A stretch of DNA of 64,000 nucleotides from the human T2T-CHM13v2.0 reference genome, Homo sapiens. This document shows, in pieces, positions 41,109 to 56,010 of this stretch. The notes beneath the pieces were generated by a model that saw nothing but the letters and a program-made list of their open reading frames with translations, did not search any database and was not told where the DNA came from. The position numbers were made by a program, and so were the translations under genes. The stretch lies in the NCBI RefSeq assembly GCF_009914755.1, contig NC_060938.1; one strand, written 5' to 3'. Each line of letters begins with the position of its first letter. The stretch's first letter is position 1.

Positions 41109-41440
41109 CACACACACACATATATATTTTATATATTTATATATAATATATTTTATATATTTATATATAATATATTTTATATATTTATATATAATACATT
41201 TTATATATTTATATATAATACATTTTATATATTTATATATAATATATTTTATATATTATATATAATATATTTTATATATTTATATTTAATATATTTTATA
41301 TATTTATATAAAAATATATTATATATTTATATAAAATATATATTATATATATTTATATATATTATATATTTATATATTATATATAAATATATAATATGTA
41401 TATATAAAATATGTATATATTAAAAATATATATATATTTT
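41109..41440. repeat. Short (CA)n, then an AT-rich minisatellite with 24-bp unit tatattttatatatttatatataa
   Basis: About 7-8 tandem units, degenerating into an A-rich mirror half. Confidence 0.93.
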
Positions 41441-41869
41441 TCCTAGTGGAGAAGAGTACTTCAGCTAAATAGTTGATAAAAAGAGAAAGGTATGCATAAA
41501 GTACTGGTTATGAGCTTTCAACTTGAGGTTTGTAGGCTTCATGGGGTAGTATATGATGTCTGTTGGCCCCAGCATCTACAAGGGTTCTTGTTAAGGTTAA
41601 GTGTCCTTTCTGAAGTGCCGTGGCATCTTAGGATATAAGTATATTTACAGTGATAATTCAAAGGTAATAAGCAGAATAATAATGATTAGCTCAAAGGAAA
41701 TGTCCAAACCATAATAAATCATCATCAAAGCTTCAGACCTGTGCAAAAATTTCAATTAATTCTAATTTTTGAGAGGTGGTGCATTATCCTATTTAAATCC
41801 ATACATCATCCTTATCACTCATTCTGCCTTCGAAGTTCTGCCACATCTGCTCTTGCCAGGTAAAATGCT

Positions 41870-41923
41870 GAATAATTAGTTACTCTGCTTTAGCTCGAAT
41901 AATTAGTTACTCTGCTTTAGCTC
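41870..41923. repeat. Perfect 27-bp tandem duplication
   Basis: 'gaataattagttactctgctttagctc' twice (41870-41896, 41897-41923). Confidence 0.98.
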
Positions 41924-43284
41924 ACAGAAAAAAATATGGATTCAGCATTCTGAATTCAAAAAATTATTTTGCACATGAACCTATATTGGATAAATACTCA
42001 AAATGTTCTCTGTTCTACTCATACTATTTAAACAGTTCTCCCAATTCACTTAATGATGGATTATTGAGAATTTTTGTTTTCCCCAAAGCCTGCAACACTT
42101 TTGAGGTATGAAAATAAGTCCTCTTTTAGGAAAGCCATAAAACAATGAGATTTTGGAAATCCTGTTTAAGATGAAAGGTTAGCTGGCACACACAATTGCA
42201 CAGTGATGATTGCTCTATATTTTGAAAAATAAACTATTCAAAGCAGGAATTTGGGAAGGTTGGACTGTTATAAAACCACATATATCACAGCACTGTTGTA
42301 CTGGAAAAAAGGGGAGTGTGCAGTCAAAATCTCTATTACATTTTCCAAAGTATTTCAGTAATAAGAGGAACGTGGCATATATCAATTTTCATTTAATAAT
42401 AGAGTCCAAATTAAATTCAGCAAAATATCTTTCTTTTTTTATTGTTTCAAAATAAATAGCAAGAAATTTGTGAACATAAGCAATAGCTACAGGCTTTCAA
42501 AACTGTTGTTTATACCTATATTAGAATGGGTAATCCAATTGAACTGTGATATATTTCTAGAAGGATCCTTTCAGAATTATTTAAATCTAAAACATTTCAG
42601 AGAGAAAATTATGCTGTAAGTTGCTAATTATCTAATACATAAACATCTTTTCAAACCAACGTATTCCCACTAGGCAACACATTATAAATGCATATATTAC
42701 TTTAACTTAAAACCACACCACTAAATCACCTTTCACAGGAAGCATTCTGCACTTTACAGTAATATTTTTATTCATTACTTATTTCCTCTACCTAAACAAA
42801 AACACCCTACCTGCTTTTTAAAGTAAAGAAATTTATGTTGCAAACCTCAGTGAAAACTTCTAGGTTTTAGTCACTAATGTCCATGCAGAGAAACCTGGCT
42901 TAATTATAGTTCTTAGCCCCACCAGCAGCCATTTTAAACAGAAAACTGGTTTAGTTGTGTTGACAATCACATTTTAAACTGATTCTTTCCAGATGAAAAG
43001 ATACTTTTTCAAACAATGTAATAAAAATGTAAACTCAGCTGTTTCACAGACATAAAAGTGATTTATATCACATGTACTGTGCTCATGGAGTTTTTCTTTT
43101 TATACAATGAAAGTTTTATTTTAAGGAAAAGTTAATAATTAACAGCTAGGAAAATTCCACAATGCAAAGAAGCCAGTTATAGGGGATTAACCACCCCGCT
43201 TTGCTCTCCAACAAAAATCAGCCAATAAACCTGGTGAGAAAATGATGTGATATTTGAAAATTTAAGAGTCAACTTTGGGATGAT

Positions 43285-43480
43285 CCTTACCTTTGGTGGG
43301 AGTGGGGCACAACAGATTGGAAAGAGGCACCAGGAGGCTTCTGGGAGCCAAAAATATTCTATTTCTTGGTCTGAGTGCTGGATACATGGGTTTCTTTTTT
43401 TTTCTAGCTTATGAAAATTCACTGTATACTTAGGTACACTTTTCTGTGTTATACTACACTTCAGTAAAGAGTTCTAAAAA
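43285..43480 (+). mobile_element. L1ME 3' terminal fragment
   Basis: 'ggaggcttctgggagcc...tattctatttcttggtctgagtgctggatacatggg...tatactacacttcagtaaa'. Confidence 0.7.
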
Positions 43481-45844
43481 GACATTACAAATTGTCTTTG
43501 ATAATAGCATGAAAACATTTTTTAGTGTAACTAGATAAATGCTCTCTTTTTTATAAATACTCTGAGGGACAGTTAGACCATCGACTATTTCCCCACAGAA
43601 CTGTATGATTAGAGGACTTAAAATTATGCCAGTGGCTCATGATGTGTCCCACGCTAGTCCTAAAGAAGGAGAGAATAGGGCAATATTTTCCATTTAGGAG
43701 CAAGAGAGAAAAAGAAAGTGTATCTGAGGTCTGCTATCTGAAATCTTTATAAAAACTTGATCCTTTTGAAGGGACTTTAACAGAGGCCTGTAAAATTCAT
43801 GTTTCTAGCAGCATTCTTCAATGGCTGCGAGTCTGTATTCTATACATCCAGTTCCCAATTATTCCTGTTAATGGGAGGCAGACCACAGGGGTAACTGAAA
43901 ACCCACAGTCAAGAGCTGTAACATACCCCTCCCTCATGAAAATGTTGGACCAAGTATTAAATAAATAGAAAGATTGGTTTGCGATAGAGTTGCTAATAAA
44001 CTGTGAAATGTCCAAAGTGCAGGCAACTTCAGGGCACGCAAAGGACACCATCTAGCTAATGACTCCCTGAAAAATCTCAAATTGCACACATTAAGTGGAT
44101 ACCTTTATGTGACAAGAGCTTAATTTGTACATTTACTCCATGAATTTTGGTATTTAAAACTCTAACATTTAATCCATCAGCTAAAAAACCTTTACTACTT
44201 CCATTTCTTCAATATGATATTTCCTCTCTCATTAAAAAAGTTAAACAATTTATGGAACTAATTTTGGGTATCATGCATTCTGAAAGAGCACTCAGGTGCC
44301 CAATGCCACCAAGAGTTCCATCAAGAAAAAATCATTTTACAATGATCACAGATCCTACCACATGCTATACCCCACATCTTAAAAGCAGTCCTCACCACAT
44401 ATCTCTTCCTCAAACATCCCTCTCTGGTTCTTATTTGCTAATCTTTGTCTTCCTCTACTGCCCTTACCCTCTGAAATGGCGTCTTATACTGGCATTACTT
44501 TTTTATTATTTTTCCTAATCTGAGTATAACAAAAATATCATCTTTAAGCACATACATAGGTGCACATGTTTAGTACGAACAAAGCTAAAAGCTCTGACTA
44601 CAAACAGGCAAAAATATGGGAAAATATATTATGATCTGATCATCTCTGTATACCATGTGGGGACTGCAACAGGAGAATTTCCTCATAATTTGAAATCTCC
44701 CAATCAGCTATTTATTGAGAGAAAACAGAAATGGGATGTTGGGGGAATGAAGAAATAGATAAACAAATTGTTTTTGTCCCTGGAAAATACGGAAACACAT
44801 GAATAATGGAAAAATATGAATTAATAGAATAAATGAAAGAAGCTCCAGTTCATGCCTCTAAGCACTGAGGAAATGTGGGGAGGAAGCTAACATGCTATCC
44901 TGTACCTTGCAGTCATCTGTAAATAGAAGAAGCCTCTCCCATGAGCCTTCTCCCCTCTGCTCCTCCCAGAAAATACAACCAAAAAAAAAAAAAAAAAACC
45001 CAGCATGAATATCATGATGGTCTCATACATGTCATGTTATTTGCAGTTAGGAGTTAAGGAGGACAAGCACATGATGAACCCAAAGTTAATGAATCAAATG
45101 TTTTCAAAGTTGATTGTGTACATCCCCAGGGTCAAATTCAATCCTCAAAAATCCACGTGCAGTTTCCATAGAAATAACTATAAACACCAAGCATAATAAA
45201 ATAGCTGCAGTCAGTCTTTTTCTCTGTATTGACATATGGCCTTTATTCTCCTCTGGCATTTTCTTTTGAATGGCAAGTTTTGGCTTGGTTCTTTTTATAC
45301 AATGAAACTTCGTCAACTCACACACACCTTCAAGAAACCTAGAGTGAAATGTTCATTTTGCAGATCAGGAAAAAAAAAAAAAAAAAAAACTTGGCAAGAA
45401 GAAGCAAATCAAAGAAGTTCATAAAACACATTTATTTTATTGGGCTATGAAAAGAATACAGACTTGGAAAGTGAATATGAATAATATTCATAGGAAAATT
45501 CAATGGAAAATACATAGTTAACAGAGATGAATTTGTCAATCAGCAAGCAATAAGGCACTTGCATAGATAAAGGTCTGTGGCCCAGGCTAGTGTAGGTAAA
45601 GTACCATGCAGGCAATGAACACATATGATCAGAGGCAGATGTACACAGTGCCAACAAGGGAGCAGAAATGAGTAAGAAGCTGTTTCCTAGTTAGTGATGT
45701 TCATTTTTTCAGTTCTCTCCAGGAGTGTTTTTATTTCCTCAAAAGAAGGGGAAAAATTAACTCTCACTTTATTTAAAGTTTTAATAACATGAATTTCAAT
45801 GAGTCTTTTAATAGACACACCACCAATATGTAAATGCTGTTTCA

Positions 45845-46295
<451 letters not shown>

Positions 46296-49200
46296 TCAGG
46301 GCATATATGAAATTGATTCGAAAGTAAAAATATTAATTAAAATCTCATAAATTTCAAATAATTGAAATTTTACTGACAGGATTAATTTATGGATTTTACT
46401 ACATGCATTTTTATCATTTGCTATGCTTTTACGACTTGGTGGCCACTAGACCATGCTAGTAAAAACTTTATTTATTATGACTTTCTCAATTAAGGGGAAA
46501 TGAGGGAATTCCCAGACCACCCTAATAAGAGTATAGACCTTATAATAACCTTAAAGATACTGTTAAAAGAAAGTCTATATAAATTGCTCTTTTTGTTATG
46601 GAGGCTTTAGAGAACATTTCTCTTTAAAAATCAAAATTAGAATATGATTTTAAAATGCTACTGAAAGGTATACAGCATTAGAAAAATGATTTTAACTTCG
46701 TTATTAAGGTCTTAGGGATCATAAGTAAAGTAGCTCCTTTGGTCAATTTCAAGTTACAAGTAAACCAGTCCACTCTGATCATCATGTTGCTCAGGGCAGA
46801 GGTTTGTTGTACCACATGATTCTTTAGGCTGACTTCTGAAGTCCAGCTTGTTTGAGATGAGAATGTAGCATACCTAGCAGTACCATTCTTCTTGCCTAAC
46901 AGATACCAACAAAGGTCCATACAGCTTGCAGAAAGTGTAAAATAAAATGTCAATCACTTAGACATGTGTTGCTTGACATTTTTGTGTTTAGTTTTAAAGG
47001 AAGGATGGATTTATAAAAGGTTGTTCATAACTTCTAGACTTTTAGTCACAGAAGCCCAAGGCTGAGAAAGGGCTTTTTCTAATACTGGGGCTACTGTGGA
47101 TCCATGATGGACAGTGTGGATCTGTGAAGCGTCTGTGCAGTATTACTCACATGCCTTAAATAAGTCATCCTTCCTTACAAGGACAGGTGGGAGCTGATTA
47201 TTTGTCAGGCTGAGACTCCTGTCACAACCCCTAAGGAAGCAGGAACCAAACCCATAGTACGAATTGGAGAACCATATCAGTACTCTAAGCTGTGCCTGAA
47301 AAGTAACAGGCAGCTCATGCAGACTAGCTTGCAAGAGGCAAGAGGATTGCGGGTAGAGGAAGTTTAGAGTTCAGATGCAACACAGCATATATGTAACCAC
47401 CTCAGAACAAGAATAACCTAAATGCCAAGGAGTTGTTCCAGCTCATCAAAGTCATGGGAAACGTGATAAAGGACAACCATGGTGTCTGATTGAGAGATGA
47501 AATGTCTTACTTCATTTGTTAAGAAAATGAAATGTTGCACAGTGGAAATCAGAAAAAGGGCCCACAAGTCTCTAAGAAGAGCTAACAGATTGATGTTCTA
47601 GGAAGAGAATGAAAATGCCATAGATAACATAATTGACAATTTACTGGCAATCTCTGCATGTCAAAGCATTATAGTGCCTTAAAATGCAGGCAATCACCAC
47701 CACCATGAACATGATGCAGAAAGGAATTAAGAATAAGTTAAATCTATTGAGGAATAGATCACATTTTCCACTTCAGTAAATAAAAAAGACAGTATGGTAA
47801 TTTATTTATTTATTTATTTATTTATTTCTCTCTTTCTCTTTCTTTCTCTTTCTTTCTTTCTCTCTCTTTCTTTTTTTTTAAAAAGTACCAAATCTATCTT
47901 TAAACAGAGTTGAACATTTTAATATAGTTTAGTTCAACAAACTTTTGTTGAATTCCATCTAGGACTCAGGCGCTCCATCAGATCCCAGGGACATCAAGAT
48001 GTGTACAATAGGATCCTGACCTTGGGGAGCTCACTACTTGCCTTCCAGGAAAGTGTGAATTAGCCTTAGATGCACACCTGGTATAAAATTCCTTGCTAAG
48101 ACTACCTCTCAGTGGCGGCAAGATTCTGACATTTCCAGACCCTGTTTGGTCTATTCACATGTATGACACGCAGCACACTGTCACAAAAACCTGCCAAGAT
48201 CCATGTGGACACTTAGTTCCAGTGATGAAATTGAAAACTGAGCTATTCAAATGTTCACACGTCGGCTTTGTCGGAAGATAAACAGACTTTTCAAAGGGAA
48301 AGAGCCAATGCACTTTACTTAACTGCCTCAGGGAGCTGGACTCAGCGAGTAAGCCTGGCTTCCATTTCTAACTCTGCAACCACTCCTTAGCGGCCTTTAA
48401 CAAGCTGCTTACTTTTTTCCTTCTATCTATTTTACTCAGTGGACATAGGATCAGGAGATGGGTTAAGGTGGAGGAGTGTGGGAAAGTGAGAAGTAGCAAT
48501 AGCTGATCTGAACCTTGCTAAGATGTGTTAGATGAGTATAAAATTCTTTGTTTATTGGAGGAAAGATGTTAGGAAAAGAAATATTAGTGGTAATTATAAC
48601 TAACATCAAATTTCAAAATATTAAAGTCAAGCATTGTTAATCTAACAATAGTTTGATTAGTTATTTTTAATCTCATAGTTGGATTAACTCTTTTCAAACA
48701 AGTAATTTTCCATTCATAGAAAGATCAGATTTTTTAAGACCTTTCAAACATGACATTCAAAATAAAGACAACAATCTAATGCTGTTGATATGTGGCTGAA
48801 GGCAAAAGAGAAGAAAAAAAGGCTCCTTAAGACTCCTTAAAACCAGTTTCAGAAGAGTTTAAAATAAGTTCTGCTTCTCATCTCTAATAATGAATTTTTT
48901 AAAAAGCAGCAAAACAAACAAAAAAATTCAAGAGCTCTTCTTACATGTAAGCTACATGAAACAGCAGAAAAAGTTTATATTATAAGCAGTATGCTTTAGA
49001 TTTTGCTTTGCTCTTATCTAGAAAGTTCATATGGCCCATGTAAATTCTATAGCAATGAATCTCTGAACAGTAGCGTCTTCCTTTTCAAGGTTTTACTTAC
49101 TTTAAAACCCTTGCTGTGAAACCTAATTTGCGGTAGCAGAGTGGAAGGGAGTGAGTAGTGGGACAAATTAAGGGAAGAGCATTAAAGAAATCAACACAAA

Positions 49201-51109
49201 AAGTTTTTATGTAGTTGATCCCAAACCTTATTTGAAAAGCCTGAATAGGATGAAAAGGTTTTCTCTATTCAGTAGTTTCACTTAATCCTCAGTCCAAACA
49301 TTTGCCCCAATAAACATTAGATTATTTTTATGTTAGCTATAAAGCTGTCAGTCCTCAATAAACAGATATACTCCTGGTGGTTTTACCTTTGCTGTCAAAG
49401 AATTGTCAATATGTATACTGGCTTTTAAATTAAAACAAACACACAGAAAAAGAAATGTAAAATAGAGTTTAACTGGAGGCTGTTGAAATCCTAAATAAAT
49501 GATGGTTCATATAGTCGATGGTGATTAGAAGTTCAATAAAATGTGATAGAAAGTAGTCTGTGCGTTGTTAGCGCCTTGGTGTCCTCTTAGTGGAATGCTG
49601 TAACCTCTCCTATTCAGGTAAGCCAGACCCCTACTTTAGTGTCTCTGTAAAATTTTATGTCTGATGTATCCATTTGTTCTAGGAAGAAAAACAAGTTCAA
49701 TGAAAGGGACACTTTGAAGATTTTATTTCCTATGGGGACAGTTTATTTCTGTCTGGAAAGTCCCTTCATAGTTTTGGTGGGTTTTTTCCTGTAATTGAGA
49801 ATGGTTATATAAGAAGTGTGAAGAAACCTGTAGGTATTGGAAATGCAAATGTATTTTCCAACTGGTCACATCTCTAACATTTTTGCAGTTGCTTTCAGAA
49901 GGATTTTTTCCACAAAGGCTAATAGAATCATGTGACTGAAACACTCATTTTTGCTCATACAGTCGTTTTATTGCAGAATTAAGTGTTTAGAAGGCCAGAG
50001 CTGGGTTTTTTTTTTTTATGTAACTGGTATGCTGCCTAACAGAGGACTGTGTACACATGGGCAGTCACTAAATACCGTTTGCTTGCTGGGTCATAAGTAT
50101 TCTTAGAAGGCTGGTAAAGAAAATGACATCAATACAGAAAAGATGCCGATATCTTTTTGTAGCTGGAATAATGTTGTTTGCCCTTCATCTCCTTCTATAT
50201 CAAAACACTTTGTACACTTCAGGGAACTATGTCTCACACCAGAGAGATTAAGAAATATTTAATAATGGGATTGTCCAGCATTACAAAAGGAGGTGTTCAT
50301 TTTAGTTTTCTGTCTGAAATGAGCAGCTCTTTTTCTTCTAATAGGGAGAGAAAGAGAGAGAGAGAGACAGAGAGAGAGAGAAAGAGAAATTGATTAAACA
50401 AACGAGATTAAAATAGGATATGAGGGACTTAGAAATGTAACCTGGGTGAATAAAGAGTTTGAGGACAAGAGAGCTAAAGGCAAATATATTGGGAATCTTC
50501 AGGTCTGAATGAATACTCCCTTTGTTCTATACAATAAATGTATGATCTTCCCTGCCAAGGCTGAAAGAAAATGGATTTCCCCAAGAATGCCCCATCACTG
50601 GAGGAGAGATGGCCATCAAAAGCCATCATGCTCTGAGGAGGTGTAGCAAAAAGATTAAACATTTAAGACAGATGATGGGGTAGAGGAAGGAGTGAAGACA
50701 AGGATGTAGAAAGGTAAAATGCCAGCATTCTGAGAATGAGATCCACAAACATGAAAGAAGGAAATTGAGGGTGTCAAACTTAAACCCATGGTTTGTATCT
50801 TGTGGCCCCGAGCAATTTGGAGTTTAAGGAGAAAGATGGAACATTCTATTCACCGTGGTGGTGTTTCTCATATGTCAAACATGCATGACAGAGCCCATGC
50901 CAAAATATATCAAGTAGTGCCCCGGCATCCTGAAGAAACATTTGAAAAAATGTAAAGGTCATATTATAAGAATAGTTTAGTGCCCTAACTGATGTCACCA
51001 ACCAATTTGGTTTCTCAGTTTTCCATTTATTTTCTAAAGCTGTAAAGTAGCCACTTAGTGAAAAAAGAAGAATTTATGTTTTTTTAAGTTTATCTTTTAA
51101 AATAGAGGT

Positions 51110-51300
51110 TAATATCTGGACCCATGTTACCTGGGTTAAAATTCCTACAACCTATGAGAAATTGGACAAGTTACACAAACATTTTGACCTTGTCTGACTC
51201 ATCAATAAAATAGGAAAAATTGTAGTTCTTTCCCTATAGGATTGTTCTGAGGACTAAATGAGAGCACTTAGCAAAGCACTCAGCACCTGGTAAGTTATTG
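51110..51300 (+). mobile_element. MIR
   Basis: 'cctgggttaaaattcc...ttggacaagttac...ctataggattgttctgaggactaaatgag'. Confidence 0.7.
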
Positions 51301-51436
51301 TTTTAGTTGCTTAAAATAAATTTTTAAAAATGTTATTTCTCAAACCAAAAATATATGTAGTATTATTATTCCTCAAATAACTTGATTAACTAAGTACAAT
51401 ATTGAGTACCTACCAGCGAACACTAGAAGGATAAAA

Positions 51437-51492
51437 CATTAAAAGTCATACTTTTAATGGCAAAAACTGCTATTACTTTTGCACCAATTTGA
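51437..51492. mobile_element. Half MADE1 (Hsmar1 mariner MITE)
   Basis: 'acttttaatggcaaaaactgctattacttttgcaccaa' matches one MADE1 arm. The other arm is absent. Confidence 0.85.
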
Positions 51493-51627
51493 CATTTTCA
51501 GGATTTCCATTTGAATTCTTTTTTTTAAATTTTGTTTTTGCAGATCTCAAGTCTCTGGTGAAATTTTCCATCTTCTAGTTTTTTGAACATAATTCTTATA
51601 GCTTTTTTAAAAAAGTCATTCTCTGTT

Positions 51628-52228
51628 AAACATAGAATTATCATATGCTCTAGCAATCTCACTTCTGGGTATATACACCAAAGAACTGAAAGCAGAGACT
51701 TCAACAGATATTTGTCCACCAGTGTTCATAGCAGCATTACTCCCAAGAGCCAAAAGGTGGAGGCAGCCCAAGGGTCCACTGACACCTGGATATGAATGGA
51801 TAAACAAAATGTGGTACATACATATAATGGGATATTATTCAGTCTTAAAAAGGAAGGAAATGATGATGCATGCTACAATACAGATGAACCTTGAAGGCAC
51901 ATTATGTTAAGTGAAATAAACCAGTCAGTCACAAAAGAACAAATATTGTATGATTCCACTTACATGAGATACCTAGAGTAGTCAAACTCATGGAGACTGA
52001 ACATAGAATGGAGGTTATCAGGGGCTGTGGGGAGGGAGAAATGGGGAATTACTGTTTAAGAGTACAGATTTTCTGTTTGAGAAGATGAAAAGTTCTGAAG
52101 ATGCAGTGTTGATGGTTGCACGACATTGACTTTACTTAGGGCCACTGAACTGTATGCTTAAAAAATGCTTAAAAAGGTAAATTTTATGTTATGTATATTT
52201 TATCCAAGTAAAAATAAAAAAAAATTAA
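51628..52228 (+). mobile_element. L1MB 3' end
   Basis: 'agcaatctcacttctgggtatatacaccaaagaactgaaagcag', 'gatacctagagtagtcaaactcat' and a poly(A). Confidence 0.9.
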
Positions 52229-52229
52229 A

Positions 52230-53130
52230 GTCCCAGTCTGATAATTCCAAAATTTGAATGACTTATTGTCTCTGCTTCTCTTGATGTTTAGTTAGTTTGT
52301 CTTTTTTATTCTAAGGCCCTGTAACTTTTTATTGAGTAGAGGACACTGTGCATAAACATTGAAAAGCCCCTGGATGATGGTGTTTTCCTCCAAAGATGGA
52401 AACATTTTTTTCTCAGCAAGCAAACAGATTACAGAAAATACCTTCATTTTGCTGAGGGTGGGTTTTAGGCTTCGTTAGGGAGAATTTACTTATGCTTTGT
52501 CCCTATTCCTGAGGCAGAGCTCTCACTCTTGGGAGTGGACATTCTGGGCCTCAACTGAAGACCTGGGGTGCTTACAGAGCCCTTCCACCTGGCTGGACTT
52601 GAACTCCAACCCTTGCCTCCTCAGCCTCAAGGGGCTACTGAAGTCTCTGCTCATCTCGATAGCTTTCCAACTGCTGGAGTTTTTCCCCCTAGGTTTCTTG
52701 GAGTTTCCTCCTGCTCATATGTGGCTCAAGAGTTGGCAAATGCCTCAAGGGGAAATTGCATATAGATCTTTGGGCTCTCTTCTCAGCAATTTCCCTCTTC
52801 ACCAGGATCTTTACTCCTCAGGTCTCAGCCATTTGGCATCCCTGAACACCAACCTACAACTCCCTCCTCAGCCCAGACATGGCTTTGACTCTTTCCCCCA
52901 ACACTTCCCACAAGACTTAGCAAAGCCTTTAAGTAAAAATCCTGGGTGAATGTGGAACTTACTTCTCTACGCTTCCTTCCCTCAGGTCTTGTAGCCTCTC
53001 ATCAGTTCTGCCGTAGCTCTACAATGCCTTCAAAAGTAGTTTTGTGTATTTTGCCTATTGTTTACTGTTATTTTCAGCAGGAGGGTTCTCCTGATGCAAG
53101 CTACTCTGTGGTGTCTGAAACCAAGAGTCT
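52230..53130 (-). mobile_element. Old L1M/HAL1-like 5'/ORF1 region (also about 51500-51620)
   Basis: 'gtctgataattccaaaatttgaat', and a terminal 'gttattttcagcaggagggtt...caagctactctg...ctgaaaccaagagtc' resembling antisense old L1 5' ends. Confidence 0.55.
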
Positions 53131-53689
53131 CTATAATATTGTCTTTCAAAATCCTAACTCAAACTGCCTCTTATTTCACTTTAAATGTTCTTTTGCTTTT
53201 ACTTATTTCATTTTTTAATCGACTGGAGTATTTGGGTTTTATGTACACAGTTTTTGTCCCTCTGCTTATTAAACTCTAGACAGGAAGTGCTTTAAGGAGA
53301 ACAGTAGTGAAGACAGAACACATTCAAAGCATGGAAGCAGACAGTTTGTATTTCACTTTGGTCTTCCTAAGCCTTCACAGTTTCCCTAATTAGACCCTCT
53401 CAGTGCCATTCAGCATCATTTGCCAGCGGCGAAGTGCCCGAATCTAAAAACTACATGCCAAAATTTAATGCCTCACCTTCAGACACCTGCGTGGCCATGA
53501 AAATTATTCTATTGTATTCCTGAGATTGTTATAAAGATGTTACCCTTCTGGGGTTATAGATAAATTATCATGTTTAGAATCTTGGTCTTAATGATACCAT
53601 GGGTGTCGTAAATTTTCTTACTATCTGTTTTGATTTGATTATACATTTTTAAATATTAATATGTCCAGAATAGCTAAGTATATGAAACT

Positions 53690-54350
53690 AGTAATTATTC
53701 AATTAAATTCAGCAAACACAAATTGGGTGATGATTATATATGATTATATACAAAGAACTATGTGATACACTATAGGAGCCCCAAATATTATTTCATCAGA
53801 GTTCTACATATTTACATAACTATGAATAGTTACGAGTAATTGGCTACAATATAAGGTACTAAAAATAAAACTAGCTAACAATCATTATGTGTATATTTAT
53901 ATTCCATATATTAATACTGAGTGCTAGCAACACAATAAAATAAGTATGGTTATTGTCTCCATATTACAAATGAGAAAACTGAAGTACAATGAGGTTAAAT
54001 AATTTGTCCAAGGTCCCAAAACTTCCAAGTGGAATTCTAATCCAGGTCTCTTTGATCCCCAAGGTAAGTGTTGTTACAGAGGAACAAAGTGCTATAAGAG
54101 AACAGAAGGAGGAAATTATTTCCCCTTTGGATGATGAGGGAAGGCATCAAAGAGAAAACAGCATACGAGCTGGGCATCTTTGGATGACCGGAATTTCCAC
54201 AGGTGGATAAAAGGGAAAGGACATTCTTGGCTAATGAATATGTGTGAGAAATATGCACAGACAAATTGTTTCAGGAGTTATAATTGTGCCAGAAGGGCTG
54301 GAACATAAGAGGCATGTAATGATAGTGGGTGAGATAAAGCCTGAAACATT
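53690..54350 (-). mobile_element. L2 remnant with nested MIR (about 53870-54062)
   Basis: MIR core 'tacaaatgagaaaactgaagtacaatgaggttaaataatttgtccaaggtc' and L2-like 'aagtgctataagagaacagaaggagga'. Confidence 0.65.
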
Positions 54351-55834
54351 CAAACCAGAGGGTAAAAATTTTTCCAACACTTACTGGCAAAATTTTATCA
54401 TCATATAATATCTATGGATCAGGAACCTGTGCATTGCTTAGCTAGGTGCCTCTGGAATGCCAAACACTAGAAAGTTATTGAAATTTCTTCTTACTCATCA
54501 CCCACATCCATTGTCAAATCATTGTAAAGAGTTTAATTATCAGCATTTTTTCTCTCTAATGAAGTAATATCTTACCTTACACTTGTCAGTATCTCAGATT
54601 CTGTGGAAAAAGATAGAAGGTCTGTGGCAGGCTCTGGGAGAACAGTTTGAAAACAGGGTTGTAGACAGAGCCAGTTCATGGGGTTAAGGGGTAAACAGGT
54701 AGTTAAGAAACATTTTTGAAATGTAACACATATTTTATTTTACACATGAAGCCAGGTCTCTAGTTATCAATATGTCTTATTGCTTAATGAGTTATATTGC
54801 AACATTCTTTTAATTTTGATTCCTTTACAAATAGTGTCAATCTCTGGAAATTTTATTATTTGAATTTCAAAATGTATGTTGACCTGTTCACTGAAAATGT
54901 ATAGAATACAAAATGGTACTTCTCCTTTTGGTTCTTGATTCTTCTAATATAGGAGAGGTTTTATGTAAAAAAAATTTAAAAAACTAATTCATTTAACAAT
55001 AAACTCACAACCTCTCTTTAAGAGTTTCCAAAATGTATCTAACACTTTATCTCATTTTTTGTCATCACTGAGACTGTGACTATGTTAGATTTTTTGGTAT
55101 CTTGTTTTCCTCTGAGTTCCACACAATGAGCTGTTTATCAGCAGGAAAACCAAGCCACTGTATAAGGCTGGCATTTTCTCTAGGATTAGGTGACTATATC
55201 TTTACATACATTGTGATCATATGATGATTCTTCACTCCCATCTGACAAATCATCCAAGGAACGTTGGTTAAATGCCTTATTTCATGTTTCATGAGGTTTT
55301 CCTGGTTATTACTAAATTCAACTTCAGTTAGGCCAAGACTCTAACAGGTGAAATAACCGAGTTAAGTTCACTCAGTGAGTCTTAACCTCACACTGTGTCT
55401 GGTAACTACTCTTTGGAGATGATTCTGTCCTAAGGACCACAGGTCCAAACCTTGGTCTCATAGAATGATGGTGCCACATGTCAGAAGACATGTGTAATCT
55501 AATTTCATTTGCCTAAGACCTTTTTTAAACAAACAAACAAACAAACTAAACCTCTGCATTCTTTGAGTATTGATATCAAGATCAATTTTTCTGGGGATCC
55601 CACTAAACCCCTTTCTGCTGAAGTTTTCTTGTACATAGACCAGAAAAGTTGTCAGCAGTCATGCCATCCCTTTCCTTCTTCCCTAGATGAAATTCAGCCA
55701 ACTGAGATGAGATATGTACAAGGCTTTGAACCCAAAGAGGGAATGGTGTAAATGTGAGGTGCTGCTTCTGTGATTGCTAGTACCACTCTTTTGTTATTGA
55801 CAAAATAGGCAGCATATTAAAAGATGAGGAAGAC

Positions 55835-56010
55835 ACTGGATGAATCCCAGCCCCAACAAATACAGCTGTGGAATGTTGGACAAGTCCCTTAACAACCCTT
55901 ACTTGTTTCTTCACCAGAAAACTAGAACTGTACTCCTCATCCTCCTACCTGCTAGGGCTCTTATGAGTATCAAGGAGGTCATATACATGGACACGTTTCA
56001 CAAACGATAA
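55835..56010 (+). mobile_element. MIR
   Basis: 'tgaatcccagcccc...cagctgtggaatgttggacaagtcccttaac'. Confidence 0.65.

Noticed and set aside
45365-45445. Minus-strand AATAAA followed by a T-run, as a transcript 3' end
   Set aside because: AATAAA is very common in DNA this AT-rich, and no upstream terminal exon is identifiable.
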